Source: a phage | Reading direction: 5' to 3' (one strand) | Assembly: GCA_004257845.1 (NCBI GenBank) | Contig: GCA_004257845.1_4800.1 | DNA: 64,000 nt | Part shown: positions 42,621 to 52,229 of the stretch, in pieces | Position numbering within the stretch: position 1 is the first letter of the stretch | How the letters are laid out: the number at the start of each line of letters is the position of its first letter | Translations under genes and position numbers: made by a program | The notes under the pieces: generated by a model | Seen by the model: the letters and a program-made list of their open reading frames with translations, nothing else | Database searches by the model: none | Told to the model about the DNA's origin: nothing

Positions 42621-43616
42621 TTATTTATTAGCAATATAAGCAAATTTTTGATAGTTATTTGCTTTGATGAGTTTTTCAACTTCAGCAAGGTCATGAGCGA
42701 CGTCATCAAGCAAAATGTTTCGCCAAGTAGCGAATCGACCGACACTAAATACGTTCAAATCCATAGTCAACTGGAGCAGTAAGGCGTGGCGCAAGTCTTT
42801 CGGAATGTCGACAATTTTGCCATACTTCTGGTCAACCTTTTCAACTTCTTCCAAAGAGATGTCATTCCATGAAAGACCAAAAGCGGTAAGAACTTCATCC
42901 ACTTCTGCACGCAGCTTCATGTCGCGATAACGGGTAATGCCGCCAGCGGCTTCAACTGCTGCCGCGCTGACGCTTACCAATGGAATTGTTTCAATGATCA
43001 GCGTGTCACCAGTGATTGATGCGCGGTAAGTCCTTACAGAATAGTCAGGGAAGTAAATTGTTTGATAAAGTTCACACTTGCGCTTAATCTTAAAACGATA
43101 AACGCGAATATTTGCCTTATCAAACGAGAAGTCGAGTTTTTGATCAATACCAGCAAGCTTCATCATGACTGGCAGCGGCGATGTGTTGATGATTGGCGTC
43201 TCGCTATAGCCGCAAAGCGTGTCGACCGGAGTATTAAAGAATATACGGTCACCCAGTTTATCGACAAGTTGATCATAAAAGTCATCCGGCGCTATGTAGC
43301 GCGTAGCAGTTTGAAGCTTCATGATTGAGCGGCTGCCAAACTGGTTGGTGACTTTCATAGAGTACATGTTGGCAAGGTTAATCGGGCAGTGGTCGTGATA
43401 GTAGTTGCCGCGAAAATACACAGCCTTATCGACTGTCACGGCCTTAAAGGGGATTCCGGTAATACGGCTTACTTCTTCGCCGCGAAATCGTAGCAGCGCC
43501 TTGTGCTGCGCGACGCGTTCGCCTGCTTCGTACACAATAGAGTTCGGAAAGTGACAAGCCGTGATAAGTCCTGCCAGTCCGCCGCCGATAATCATTACAG
43601 GTTGTTTCATGTTCAT
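42621..43616 (-). CDS. FAD/NAD(P)-binding oxidoreductase
   Basis: N-terminal dinucleotide-binding motif VMIIGGGLAGLITA. Confidence 0.5.
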   Translation of the reverse strand: MNMKQPVMIIGGGLAGLITACHFPNSIVYEAGERVAQHKALLRFRGEEVSRITGIPFKAVTVDKAVYFRGNYYHDHCPINLANMYSMKVTNQFGSRSIMKLQTATRYIAPDDFYDQLVDKLGDRIFFNTPVDTLCGYSETPIINTSPLPVMMKLAGIDQKLDFSFDKANIRVYRFKIKRKCELYQTIYFPDYSVRTYRASITGDTLIIETIPLVSVSAAAVEAAGGITRYRDMKLRAEVDEVLTAFGLSWNDISLEEVEKVDQKYGKIVDIPKDLRHALLLQLTMDLNVFSVGRFATWRNILLDDVAHDLAEVEKLIKANNYQKFAYIANK

Positions 43617-43749
43617 TTGTCCTTTGTGGGTGATATGATAAGTATAATAGCTAAATTATCTTACAGCAACAAGTCATTTTATTTAGTACAGACGAAAAAA
43701 GACCCACAACTGGTGTGGGTCAATTACCGCTACATAACCGTCCTAGAGG

Positions 43750-44598
43750 TTATTCTGCTTGATCGTCGTGCTCTTCGGCATCTGCTTCGGATTCAACATC
43801 GATGAACTCGATGTGGCCCATCTCTTCCAGTTTGCTCAGGTAAGAGCGAACTGAAGCGCCAAACAGCTGATCTTTAACTTTTTCACCCAGCTCGTCGATA
43901 GACTGCGGCTGACCGATTTCACCTTCTTTGATCGCAGCCAGTACGCGACCACGGGTGGAATGTTCTTGCGGCTGGCTCAGGCCGTTTCCGGTGTAAACAA
44001 AGTGAGTTGCTTTAGCGCGACGCTGACCATTAGCTTTCTTGGCGGCTTTACGCTCTGCAATCGCTTTGCGACGCTCTTCAGCTTCTTTCTTACGCTGTTC
44101 TTTCTGTTGTTCTGCAGCTTCTTTCGCCGCAATCTTAGCAGCTTCACGCTCTGCCTTGCGTTTCGCTTTCGCTTCTTCTTTAGCCTTTTCTTTTTCGGCT
44201 TTCGCTTCTGCACGGGCCTGATCACGTTCAGCCTTTTTCGCCGCAGCTTGTTCAGCTTTCAGGCGCTTGGCTTCTTCTTTCGCCTTTGCCTTTTCAATTT
44301 CTTTAGCGGCTTTAGCGGCTTCACGCTCTGCCTTCTTAGCAGCAGCCTTTTCAGCACGCTCTGCAGCCTTCTTAGCGGCTTCTTCAGCACGCTTCTGAGC
44401 CTTCTCGTCAGCAGCCTGCTTGCGTTTCAGCGCAGCTTCTTCACGCTTGGCTTGTTTTTCCTGCTCACGCTTCTGGCGTTTTTCTTCGGCTTCTTTCTTT
44501 TTAGCCAGGCGTTTTTCTTCAGCCACGCGACGACGTTCTGCTGCAGCTGCTTGTTTTTCTTCTTTAGATAATACTTTGATTGCTTCGGCCATATTCAC
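43750..44598 (-). CDS. protein with ~200-aa Lys/Glu/Ala-rich low-complexity helical region and acidic C-terminal tail
   Basis: Continuous 282-aa ORF; repeats of EEKR/AKKA/EAK over ~210 aa; the repetitive DNA generates several shadow ORFs. Confidence 0.5.
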   Translation of the reverse strand: MNMAEAIKVLSKEEKQAAAAERRRVAEEKRLAKKKEAEEKRQKREQEKQAKREEAALKRKQAADEKAQKRAEEAAKKAAERAEKAAAKKAEREAAKAAKEIEKAKAKEEAKRLKAEQAAAKKAERDQARAEAKAEKEKAKEEAKAKRKAEREAAKIAAKEAAEQQKEQRKKEAEERRKAIAERKAAKKANGQRRAKATHFVYTGNGLSQPQEHSTRGRVLAAIKEGEIGQPQSIDELGEKVKDQLFGASVRSYLSKLEEMGHIEFIDVESEADAEEHDDQAE

Positions 44599-44751
44599 AG
44601 TCCTTAAATAAATTAGTTTATTTTATATTCCCCGTTTGGGATAACTTAATTGTGCCTTAAGTCGCCGCCAGTAGCAACTAAAAACTATGGCGGAAATGCC
44701 ACTTTAATTAAACTGATTTTCAGTTTTATTTTTCGTAAATTTACGTCAACA

Positions 44752-45936
44752 TTAACGCGCTTTCAAATCACGGTACACGGTCAGATTCTTCTTAGCACGG
44801 GTGATAGCTGTGTACATCATCTTGGAGTACGGAACGCCGCGCAAGATTTCTTCCAGCACGCACACATTGTCCCACTCGCTGCCTTGCGATTTGTGCACCG
44901 TGATGACATAGCCATAATCCATCCCGCCAACAGCGCGTTGGGCCTCTTTGCGCACTTCCTGATCAGTAGAGAAGGAAAGAGGATTAATCTTAACCTTTAT
45001 ATCTTTGCCATCGGTAAGCGAGCGCAAATTGACATACATGATTTCATTGGACTCGTCTTCGTCCCTTTCAAAGTCCGGCACTGGTTCATAGCTAATAACA
45101 ATCCCTTGCTCGCCATTACAGAATCCTGGCCCGTGCTGGTTGAAGGTGCAAATAACTTTCTCGCCGATTCCTGGCATTGGCGTTATACGTCCGCTCACTT
45201 GCCGTAATAATGAATTCCATTTATCTTTGGTGCTATTATAGGAGCAAATAATTTGATCATCTTCGCCCATGAATTTCTTCAATGCAGTAACGCGCGGCGA
45301 TTCTGCCAGAACTTTTACATCGTCGTATTCACGCGGAGGAAGGCGGTTGCCTTGGCGCACGAAGAAGGAGGCGCGGATGATGTTGGACTCTTTCCCTTGG
45401 CGCATGATTTCTGTTAACAGTACGTCAACGGCTTCTTCGGTAAAGTAGGCGGCGGCTTTTACCGGAGGGACTTGTCCAATGTCGCCTAATGCCAGGACAG
45501 GGATGCGGTGATCAAGAAGGCGCTCTGTGTCCCACTCGCCAACCATTGACGCTTCATCAAGAACAACAAGGAGCGGCTTTTCGTCCAGCTTTGACTTTCT
45601 CGAGAATATTGGCTCATTGTCGTCATTTACGCCGCGCACGTTATAGATGAACTGGTGAAGGGTCTTAGCTCCACGACAGCCTTTTTGCTTTAATCGGCTT
45701 GCAGCCTTTCCGGTAGGCGCAATATAGATAGCGCCGTACTCACCGACACAGCGGCGCACAATCTCGCGAGCAATAGAGGTTTTACCAGTCCCTGCATAGC
45801 CAGCGATGAAAAACACGCGCTTCGTCGTTTTACCGTCCTGCAATCGCTTGTACCATGCAACGGCCTTCTCGATGGCATCGATTTGTTGCGCGTTAAACTG
45901 AATCACTGGCTCATCATTAAATTCTGGAATGTTCAT
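44752..45936 (-). CDS. SF1 helicase (Dda/RecD-like)
   Basis: GYAGTGKT (Walker A), VVLDEASMV (Walker B), LGDIGQVPPV, VHKSQGSEWD, AITRAKKNL. Confidence 0.7.
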   Translation of the reverse strand: MNIPEFNDEPVIQFNAQQIDAIEKAVAWYKRLQDGKTTKRVFFIAGYAGTGKTSIAREIVRRCVGEYGAIYIAPTGKAASRLKQKGCRGAKTLHQFIYNVRGVNDDNEPIFSRKSKLDEKPLLVVLDEASMVGEWDTERLLDHRIPVLALGDIGQVPPVKAAAYFTEEAVDVLLTEIMRQGKESNIIRASFFVRQGNRLPPREYDDVKVLAESPRVTALKKFMGEDDQIICSYNSTKDKWNSLLRQVSGRITPMPGIGEKVICTFNQHGPGFCNGEQGIVISYEPVPDFERDEDESNEIMYVNLRSLTDGKDIKVKINPLSFSTDQEVRKEAQRAVGGMDYGYVITVHKSQGSEWDNVCVLEEILRGVPYSKMMYTAITRAKKNLTVYRDLKAR

Positions 45937-46262
45937 TATAACTCCACTACGCTTTCAAGGTCCAGATATACTGGAATAAAATGGCAATCTTCTTTTCGTT
46001 CAAACATCTCACCATCAACATGGCTGAAGAAAACAGTCGTGTTTGGTATCTTCCATCCTTTCTCGTCGCGCACTAAGTACGCCATGGATTCAACAGGGAT
46101 GTACAGAGATACCGGATTTGCGGCAAAAATAAATTTGATTCTGTCTGGTTGACCCAGGAATCGCATGATTGTTAGGCTTGAATTCAATCTTGTATTAAGG
46201 AAGGACTCAACGATTCCGACGTGTGTTGCACGTTCGCGTTGCTTCGTCTCTTTTTCGTTCAT
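45936..46262 (-). CDS. hypothetical protein (108 aa), first gene of minus-strand replication operon
   Basis: ATGA-coupled ORF downstream of divergent promoter region. Confidence 0.4.
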   Translation of the reverse strand: MNEKETKQRERATHVGIVESFLNTRLNSSLTIMRFLGQPDRIKFIFAANPVSLYIPVESMAYLVRDEKGWKIPNTTVFFSHVDGEMFERKEDCHFIPVYLDLESVVEL

Positions 46263-46422
46263 TTCAGGCGACCTTTGTTAGTGCGGAAATATTTTCTGAT
46301 AGTATAATTGCAGATATAGTATAAAGCAAAGTAAATCGAAATTGTGAACTAAATGGTAAATATTGTTGACTTTGTATCACTCAATATTATACTGCAGGTA
46401 TTGATCACCGAAGGAAAGAAAG
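46263..46422. promoter_or_regulatory. divergent promoter region between minus-strand replication block and plus-strand early block
   Basis: Plus strand TTGACT (46366-46371) -16- TATACT (46388-46393) before ATG 46423; AT-rich with TATAAT-like boxes readable on the minus strand. Confidence 0.45.
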
Positions 46423-47505
46423 ATGGCTAGTTTAAGAGAAGAAGCAAAAATAATTGAAGAGTTTTTAACAGAACTCCAAAGAGGCATCCCAGAAGATGAG
46501 CGCGTCATGACGGTGTTTGCTCCTGAAGCAACGGTGCAGACCGACGAGCGCGGCAAGAAGATCAACAGCAGCTTCTGGCCTAAGCCTTGGAAGTTGGGCA
46601 AGCCGCTCATGCAGCACCAAAACGGCTATGCATGCATCAGTTCAATGCGTAAGTCTCCCAACCCAAAGACGGGTGAGATGCGATACTGGCGTACAGAGTC
46701 GGCCTTTGGTCACGGCATGGCGATGATGGTCGACGACATCGGTCACGGTAAAGGTTCCAAAGGCGATTTAGATTTGGAATTCTTTTTTGAGCGACTGAAG
46801 CCGACTGTCATCGTCGAGACTTCACCGAACAACCACCAGCTTTGGTACTTCTTTAAAGAACCGATTGACCATCTTATTCAGTTCAAAGCGTTCCTTGGGT
46901 CTTTCGTTAACATGGTACTCAAGAAGGGCGGCGACAACACGATTAAAGACGTAACGCGCGTGGGTCGTGTTCCTGGGTGCATCAACAACAAGCGTGTGAC
47001 TCACGACGGCCCCTATAAATATGTCGATGAGAACGGCGACCCGTTCCGCTGCCGACTTGTCCATGCAGACTACTCATTGCGCTACACCATCGAAGACATT
47101 TGTCAGGCATTTGGCTTTCACGTCGTCATGCCACAAAATCGTGAGATTCAAATTGACGTCGATGAATACAAGTATGATGCTGTTTGGTATAAAATAGCCC
47201 AGCAGATTCTATCGCGCAACAAGATGGGTGAAGGGTCTGATGGCGACGTCATCGAGAATATGTCAGGCAAGTGCCGCATAATCTGTCCTTGGGGTGAAGA
47301 ACACACCAACGGCGACCCGTATGGCGCTTACTTTCGCGGCCCTATCCCTGGTGCAGAACATGAGTTTGTGTTCGGTTGCGCCCACGACTGTCACCGGAAA
47401 GGGGAAGGCAAGAAAGGTTGGACTGCTTTTGTTGAAGCAATCGTCATGCCTTATATTGAGAATCAACTTGACATGATAAATCGTCGTGCAGGTGGCATAA
47501 AATAG
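46423..47505 (+). CDS. putative primase (prim-pol/RepB'-like) with C-terminal Cys/His zinc-binding motif
   Basis: Acidic MVDDIGHGKG and SPNNHQLWYFF motifs; CPWGEEH ... CAHDCH cluster; directly upstream of VirE-like NTPase. Confidence 0.4.
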   Translation: MASLREEAKIIEEFLTELQRGIPEDERVMTVFAPEATVQTDERGKKINSSFWPKPWKLGKPLMQHQNGYACISSMRKSPNPKTGEMRYWRTESAFGHGMAMMVDDIGHGKGSKGDLDLEFFFERLKPTVIVETSPNNHQLWYFFKEPIDHLIQFKAFLGSFVNMVLKKGGDNTIKDVTRVGRVPGCINNKRVTHDGPYKYVDENGDPFRCRLVHADYSLRYTIEDICQAFGFHVVMPQNREIQIDVDEYKYDAVWYKIAQQILSRNKMGEGSDGDVIENMSGKCRIICPWGEEHTNGDPYGAYFRGPIPGAEHEFVFGCAHDCHRKGEGKKGWTAFVEAIVMPYIENQLDMINRRAGGIK

Positions 47506-47563
47506 TTTGCTTTTATTTTCATAGCAACTATAATCATTTTATGAACTGAAGCAGAGGTGATTT

Positions 47564-47710
47564 ATGCAAAGCGAAGAATTGAAAATCGAGGTTGAATGTC
47601 TGTTAAAGTCGTTAGAACCTAAACCAGCAGAGCTTCCGACCCTTCAAGGAGTCATGGCTCACCATCAAGCGGCTGCGGCCAAACACTACTCTGAATTTGT
47701 TAAGGAATAA
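47564..47710 (+). CDS. small ORF (48 aa)
   Basis: RBS AGAGGTGA then ATG; not in ORF track (below 60 aa). Confidence 0.3.
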   Translation: MQSEELKIEVECLLKSLEPKPAELPTLQGVMAHHQAAAAKHYSEFVKE

Positions 47711-47712
47711 AG

Positions 47713-48003
47713 ATGAACGAACCAAAAATGATGACCGTTGAAGAAGCGCAAAAGCTTCGTGTTGAAAACGAGCTTAAGCTTGTCAACCAGATTCTTCCTT
47801 TGTTTGCAGGCTACGCAGTGGAGGAAGTTGTTGGGGCAATCCTTAACGTATCCACGCATGTCGCTATGAATCTTCAGGCCGAGCGATTCAACACACTGCT
47901 GACTATTAAAGACCTTACCGTCAGCGCAACGTTCACTGTTGAGCCAGTCAATTTTGACGAAGCTTCAGCCGCGATTCAACAGCAAAGAGATCAAGAGGTG
48001 TAG
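47713..48003 (+). CDS. hypothetical early protein
   Basis: ORF. Confidence 0.4.
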   Translation: MNEPKMMTVEEAQKLRVENELKLVNQILPLFAGYAVEEVVGAILNVSTHVAMNLQAERFNTLLTIKDLTVSATFTVEPVNFDEASAAIQQQRDQEV

Positions 48004-48004
48004 C

Positions 48005-48268
48005 ATGGGTGCTTTCCGTAACGAGTTCATCTGGAACGTTACCAGCAATCTCTCGACTTGTCCTAACTGTGCGAGCGATGTTATCAAGGTGCGGCAGCAT
48101 CGCAACGCGGAGAAGGGTGCATGGGAAGATGGCGACCTTGTAGAGTGCCAGTGCTGCTCTCATGAAGGTGTTGTTGAGCTTCAAGCTGGTGAAGGTTGCC
48201 CACCAGCAGAGCGCACAGCACGCGTTGAATGGGATGCAACAGACTCCATTGGTGATCCTCAACAGTAA
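48005..48268 (+). CDS. small Cys-rich zinc-ribbon-like protein
   Basis: CPNC ... CQCC motif pairs; start at ATG 48005. Confidence 0.4.
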   Translation: MGAFRNEFIWNVTSNLSTCPNCASDVIKVRQHRNAEKGAWEDGDLVECQCCSHEGVVELQAGEGCPPAERTARVEWDATDSIGDPQQ

Positions 48269-48286
48269 ATTTAGGTATAGATACTT

Positions 48287-48391
48287 ATGAAAGCCGTAAA
48301 GAAATACACATTAATCATTTCCCTTGTCATCATCCTGGGGCTATTATATGTATTGGATATGGCATATTATTTGGCAGGGGTGAGTGGATGA
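48287..48391 (+). CDS. small hydrophobic peptide (34 aa, one predicted TM helix)
   Basis: MKAVKKYTLIISLVIILGLLYVLDMAYYLAGVSG; stop overlaps next start (ATGA). Confidence 0.3.
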   Translation: MKAVKKYTLIISLVIILGLLYVLDMAYYLAGVSG

Positions 48392-48678
48392 ATATTGTAA
48401 TTCTTTATGGTGAAAATATCAGCGATGACGACATCGAAGTTGCCGTTGATGTTTACGGTATCGATGAGGTGAAACGTGTTGAAGAAATTAGTGGCGCAAA
48501 TCTCAATGAGATTGTCAAAGAGGCTGGCTGTCCTTCGGAAGAGATTCTGGTGGTTACTAACGATGACCTGTCTTCTATGGATCATTTGCGCCGCATCTTC
48601 ACCGATTGCCAATACCTTCATGCTGTTCAATCAGTAAACAAATTGAGAAAGGCATACGCCAACCAATTTCCTTGCTGA
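48388..48678 (+). CDS. hypothetical early protein
   Basis: ORF. Confidence 0.4.
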   Translation: MNIVILYGENISDDDIEVAVDVYGIDEVKRVEEISGANLNEIVKEAGCPSEEILVVTNDDLSSMDHLRRIFTDCQYLHAVQSVNKLRKAYANQFPC

Positions 48679-48728
48679 TAGTTCACCAGTTATATTGCTT
48701 TAAATTGAGTTTTACTATATTAATATAC

Positions 48729-48748
48729 AACGCCAGATTTCTGGCGTT
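48729..48748 (+). terminator. intrinsic terminator
   Basis: Hairpin AACGCCAGATTTCTGGCGTT followed by TATTTA. Confidence 0.5.
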
Positions 48749-48814
48749 TATTTACCGCACCCTGAAAGGATATATCCATGCAACAATATAACAAAGCCGT
48801 ATCAGGAGGATTAA

Positions 48815-50485
48815 ATGTCAATTAATAATGACAATCTTCCAGAGGATACAGGTGATGAATTTGGTGCAATCTTTGACGAAATTCAAGATGCAGGTGTTTC
48901 GGAAGAAATGCAGGCAGCAGAGCAGCAAGGCACCAGAGCTAAAATCAGCCTTCAACACAAAGCTGTTGAAAAAGATTCAGAGCGCATGGAATGCTACGGT
49001 GAAGAAGACTTGGTTGAAAGAGCACGCTTGCTCGCCTCACTTCAGGTAATCAAGTTCCCTCACTACAAGCCTACCAAAGATGACTTCGTTCTACAGGCAG
49101 ACCGGACGAGTGACATGAACCGTTATGCGGTTTTCGACGCGTTGTTTGATAAGGGAAGTGGCATTGTTCCATTCCCTCACAAAGATACTTTTCGTGGGCG
49201 CTTAGTCGACCATCGCGGCGAAACATTCACTGACCGTACCTTGGAAGTCACAGAGATAGTCGCTGCTGTCGACGCAGCAGGGTTGTCCAACCCAAACTCA
49301 CGTCAGGTCGCTCAATCCTATAAGGAATGGGCCATGCGTTATCAGCGTGACGACCTGATGGACTTCTTCTACAAGAAGCTGCCTGAATGGGACGGTACTG
49401 CGCGCATCGAGAAATACCTTATCGAGCTATTCCGACCGTTCGATACAGAGTTAAACCGACAAATCGGTGTGTATTTTTGGCTATCGCTCTACAACCGCCT
49501 GACCAACCCTGGCTGTCAAGCGCCAATCTCCATCGCGCTAATCGGCGGCCAGAACGCAGGGAAGAGTTATTTTAGCAAGCTGCTTTGCGAAGCTATTATG
49601 AACGACCGCCACGCAACACCGATTCCGTTGAACTTAGCCGCGCAAAACTTCAACCCGTTCTTGCGAGCTATTACGGGTCGCTCAATTATCGCGAACGTTG
49701 GCGAGATGACAGGCTTTAAAAAGGCCGACATCGAAAACATGAAAGCATTCCTGACTAAGACGGAAGATGACCTGGACTTCAAATTTGAAGATACGCAGGT
49801 TAAACCACGCCAGTGGATTGCCATCATGGACGGCAACGAATACGCAGGCATGCAGCGTGACGATACGGGCAACCGTCGTGTTTACCCTATCTTTGTTGGC
49901 CAACTTGCTGACAAGGACGGGCAACCGAACTGGTCTAAAGACTTCCAAGCTGACCTTTCCACTTTGAAAGAAGATGTTTGGCAGCTTATGGCTGAGTGCG
50001 CTGCGTGGATGGAGAAGCACGGCGAAGCAGGCTATAACGCGTTTGTTGGTGAAACATCTCGCATGCTTACTGAGTTCAGTAAAAACGAAATGGAACGTGC
50101 ACGCGGCGTTATCCGTGATGAGATGGTCGACAACGACCTTGTTGAAGTCGTCATCACCGCGCCTTATGACCGACATCACAGCGGACGCTGGCACATCACA
50201 AGTGGTGCTATTGCTATGGGATTCAGAGCGAAGTGCGGCAAGTCGCCTTTCTCTCGTACCCTTGCGCCGCACATGTCGAAGCTTGGCTTTGAGCCTGCGA
50301 CCTATCGCAACCAGCGCGGCTACTTTACGCCGCTGATTAAGAATGAAGCAGGGGAATACATTTCTGATCTGATGACCATCTTAGCGTATCTTATCCGCGA
50401 TGAGTCTGACCCTGAAGATATTGAATTCTTGAAGAAGGTTATTGAGCGTAAACGTTCTTTGGGAAGAGATAAGGATGAATTCTGA
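48815..50485 (+). CDS. VirE-like P-loop NTPase (primase-associated helicase)
   Basis: Walker A LIGGQNAGKSYFSKLL; Walker B-like WIAIMDG; 556 aa. Confidence 0.6.
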   Translation: MSINNDNLPEDTGDEFGAIFDEIQDAGVSEEMQAAEQQGTRAKISLQHKAVEKDSERMECYGEEDLVERARLLASLQVIKFPHYKPTKDDFVLQADRTSDMNRYAVFDALFDKGSGIVPFPHKDTFRGRLVDHRGETFTDRTLEVTEIVAAVDAAGLSNPNSRQVAQSYKEWAMRYQRDDLMDFFYKKLPEWDGTARIEKYLIELFRPFDTELNRQIGVYFWLSLYNRLTNPGCQAPISIALIGGQNAGKSYFSKLLCEAIMNDRHATPIPLNLAAQNFNPFLRAITGRSIIANVGEMTGFKKADIENMKAFLTKTEDDLDFKFEDTQVKPRQWIAIMDGNEYAGMQRDDTGNRRVYPIFVGQLADKDGQPNWSKDFQADLSTLKEDVWQLMAECAAWMEKHGEAGYNAFVGETSRMLTEFSKNEMERARGVIRDEMVDNDLVEVVITAPYDRHHSGRWHITSGAIAMGFRAKCGKSPFSRTLAPHMSKLGFEPATYRNQRGYFTPLIKNEAGEYISDLMTILAYLIRDESDPEDIEFLKKVIERKRSLGRDKDEF

Positions 50486-51132
50486 TGAATAAAGCAATCA
50501 ACATCGCTAAATTCTTTCAACATCTTGGTGAACTGAACAAAGAGAGTGATGTTCACGGCGAAGAAATGAACCGGATGATTTCAACAGTGTTGCGCGGCTT
50601 TGGTTATGATAAGGACTCAATCACTTGCAAGCGCACAAAGCTTGTCGATGAGTCTTATCTTTACTACGTAGAGCTGCGCATTGGTAAAGATGTAATGATC
50701 ATTGACCCTAAACTGGAAGGGGCACACTGTTTTGGCGCTCATCCTCGTGCGAGTGAATTCAAGGGTCGCGGTCGCAACCGAATCCAGAAGCTTGATGACG
50801 CAGGCGACTTGAACATCGCAATGTTCCTTAAAGAGTTCCTTGCGCTACCGAAGGTTGCATCATCCACGGGCCGTGATGACCCTTGCAAGATTGGATTCCG
50901 AACTAAAGATTTGCGCAATGCGCTACGCAAGAAGGGATTTGTGCCTTCTTATGACAATGTCGCCGCGCTGATGGCTTCAATGGAGGAAGCTGAAGCGATG
51001 GACAAGGTACGCGGCTATTTCCTGAATACAGGCTTCACCATGTATGAATGGCACACGAAGGGATTGACTGTCGCCGACTTCATCTATTCATTAGAGCAGA
51101 AGTATGTACGCAATATGCAGGCCACAGGATAA
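50485..51132 (+). CDS. hypothetical protein (215 aa)
   Basis: ATGA-coupled ORF. Confidence 0.45.
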   Translation: MNKAINIAKFFQHLGELNKESDVHGEEMNRMISTVLRGFGYDKDSITCKRTKLVDESYLYYVELRIGKDVMIIDPKLEGAHCFGAHPRASEFKGRGRNRIQKLDDAGDLNIAMFLKEFLALPKVASSTGRDDPCKIGFRTKDLRNALRKKGFVPSYDNVAALMASMEEAEAMDKVRGYFLNTGFTMYEWHTKGLTVADFIYSLEQKYVRNMQATG

Positions 51133-51171
51133 TCATCATCAAAATATTTGCTTTTCTGACGAGGTGATATT

Positions 51172-51396
51172 ATGATTAATTTAGACAGGATTGAGTTAGC
51201 ACTTAGTACCTTAATCAAATATTACCAGTTTGCTTTTAAGGCTAGTTTGTTTGGCTTGTTCAATCCTCATCAAGCAGCAAAGGCGCGAAGCAATGCCAAC
51301 CGCCTGCGCTGCACTGGTATAGTCATCCATGACCGGATATTGACAGAGGGTAGATTCAGCCATGAATACACAGTGGAGAATAACAAATCAACGTAG
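51172..51396 (+). CDS. hypothetical small protein
   Basis: ORF with RBS GAGGTGA. Confidence 0.35.
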   Translation: MINLDRIELALSTLIKYYQFAFKASLFGLFNPHQAAKARSNANRLRCTGIVIHDRILTEGRFSHEYTVENNKST

Positions 51397-51571
51397 GGCT
51401 TTACAAGTCCTCATCCACTACCTGTCACGCCTTTATCCAACGGCGCACGAGCAGAATCCAGCAACTGGTCATCTGTTTAAGCGCCGTAACCTTTCGCTAA
51501 AAACATTCGCTTTAATCCAATATGACCGCTACCTGGACGGGCGCTACTGCGGCCCGAAGGATTCTCTATGA
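51362..51571 (+). CDS. hypothetical small protein (overlaps previous by 35 nt)
   Basis: ORF; uncertain. Confidence 0.25.
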   Translation: MNTQWRITNQRRALQVLIHYLSRLYPTAHEQNPATGHLFKRRNLSLKTFALIQYDRYLDGRYCGPKDSL

Positions 51572-51846
51572 TTACTACATACAAAGTATTCTTTGTCAAA
51601 TGCACATCATCTATTGATGACCAATTTACTGCTGGCAAGAATTATCCCGTGATTTCTGAGTCAAAGCTAGATATAATCTTGAACGATCATGAAATCTATG
51701 AGCCGATGCCAGCGACTGCGTTTGATGTTATCGGTCACGTTCGGATTAAGACGAATGTTGAGACGATGCACGATCCGTTGTTCAAGAAGCAAATCAAGAA
51801 TGCCATGCAAGACTTTTGCGCGGCTATGTTTAAATATTATAAGTGA
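51568..51846 (+). CDS. hypothetical small protein
   Basis: ATGA overlap. Confidence 0.4.
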   Translation: MITTYKVFFVKCTSSIDDQFTAGKNYPVISESKLDIILNDHEIYEPMPATAFDVIGHVRIKTNVETMHDPLFKKQIKNAMQDFCAAMFKYYK

Positions 51847-51853
51847 GTTGAAG

Positions 51854-52075
51854 ATGAGCAAGAAAACCCTTAAGGCTGGCGACCGTATCCGTTGGATGTC
51901 AGGACAGAATATGCGCGCAGGCACCATCCTTGAGCTGGACCAATACCTTACTGATTCACGCGGTCGCAATCATTACCGTGTAAGAATCGATACGGTAAAA
52001 GAAGATGACAAGTCACTGGTTGGTGAAGTCGTCATCGTAACTCCACGTCAAATCAAGGCGGCTTGTGAAGCATGA
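51854..52075 (+). CDS. hypothetical small protein
   Basis: Start at internal ATG 51854. Confidence 0.4.
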   Translation: MSKKTLKAGDRIRWMSGQNMRAGTILELDQYLTDSRGRNHYRVRIDTVKEDDKSLVGEVVIVTPRQIKAACEA

Positions 52076-52227
52076 ATAAATATCAATTTAGCGATAATAA
52101 AATCAGTAAGGCAGACGCAATCAAGCAGCTTCGCCGCGTACTTGAAGCCAGCGGCCATACGAAAGAGCGCGCACGCGTCCTGGCCAAAGAGCATTATAAA
52201 CGTTTCGTGTCACAAATCAGAGGTTAA
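52072..52227 (+). CDS. small ORF (51 aa)
   Basis: ATGA overlap with previous gene; fills gap before 52230; not in ORF track. Confidence 0.3.
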   Translation: MNKYQFSDNKISKADAIKQLRRVLEASGHTKERARVLAKEHYKRFVSQIRG

Positions 52228-52229
52228 TT

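Noticed and set aside
43960-44571. 203-aa plus-strand ORF and several others across the Lys/Glu/Ala repeat
   Set aside because: Artifacts of low-complexity repetitive DNA; the minus-strand 282-aa ORF is the coherent reading.
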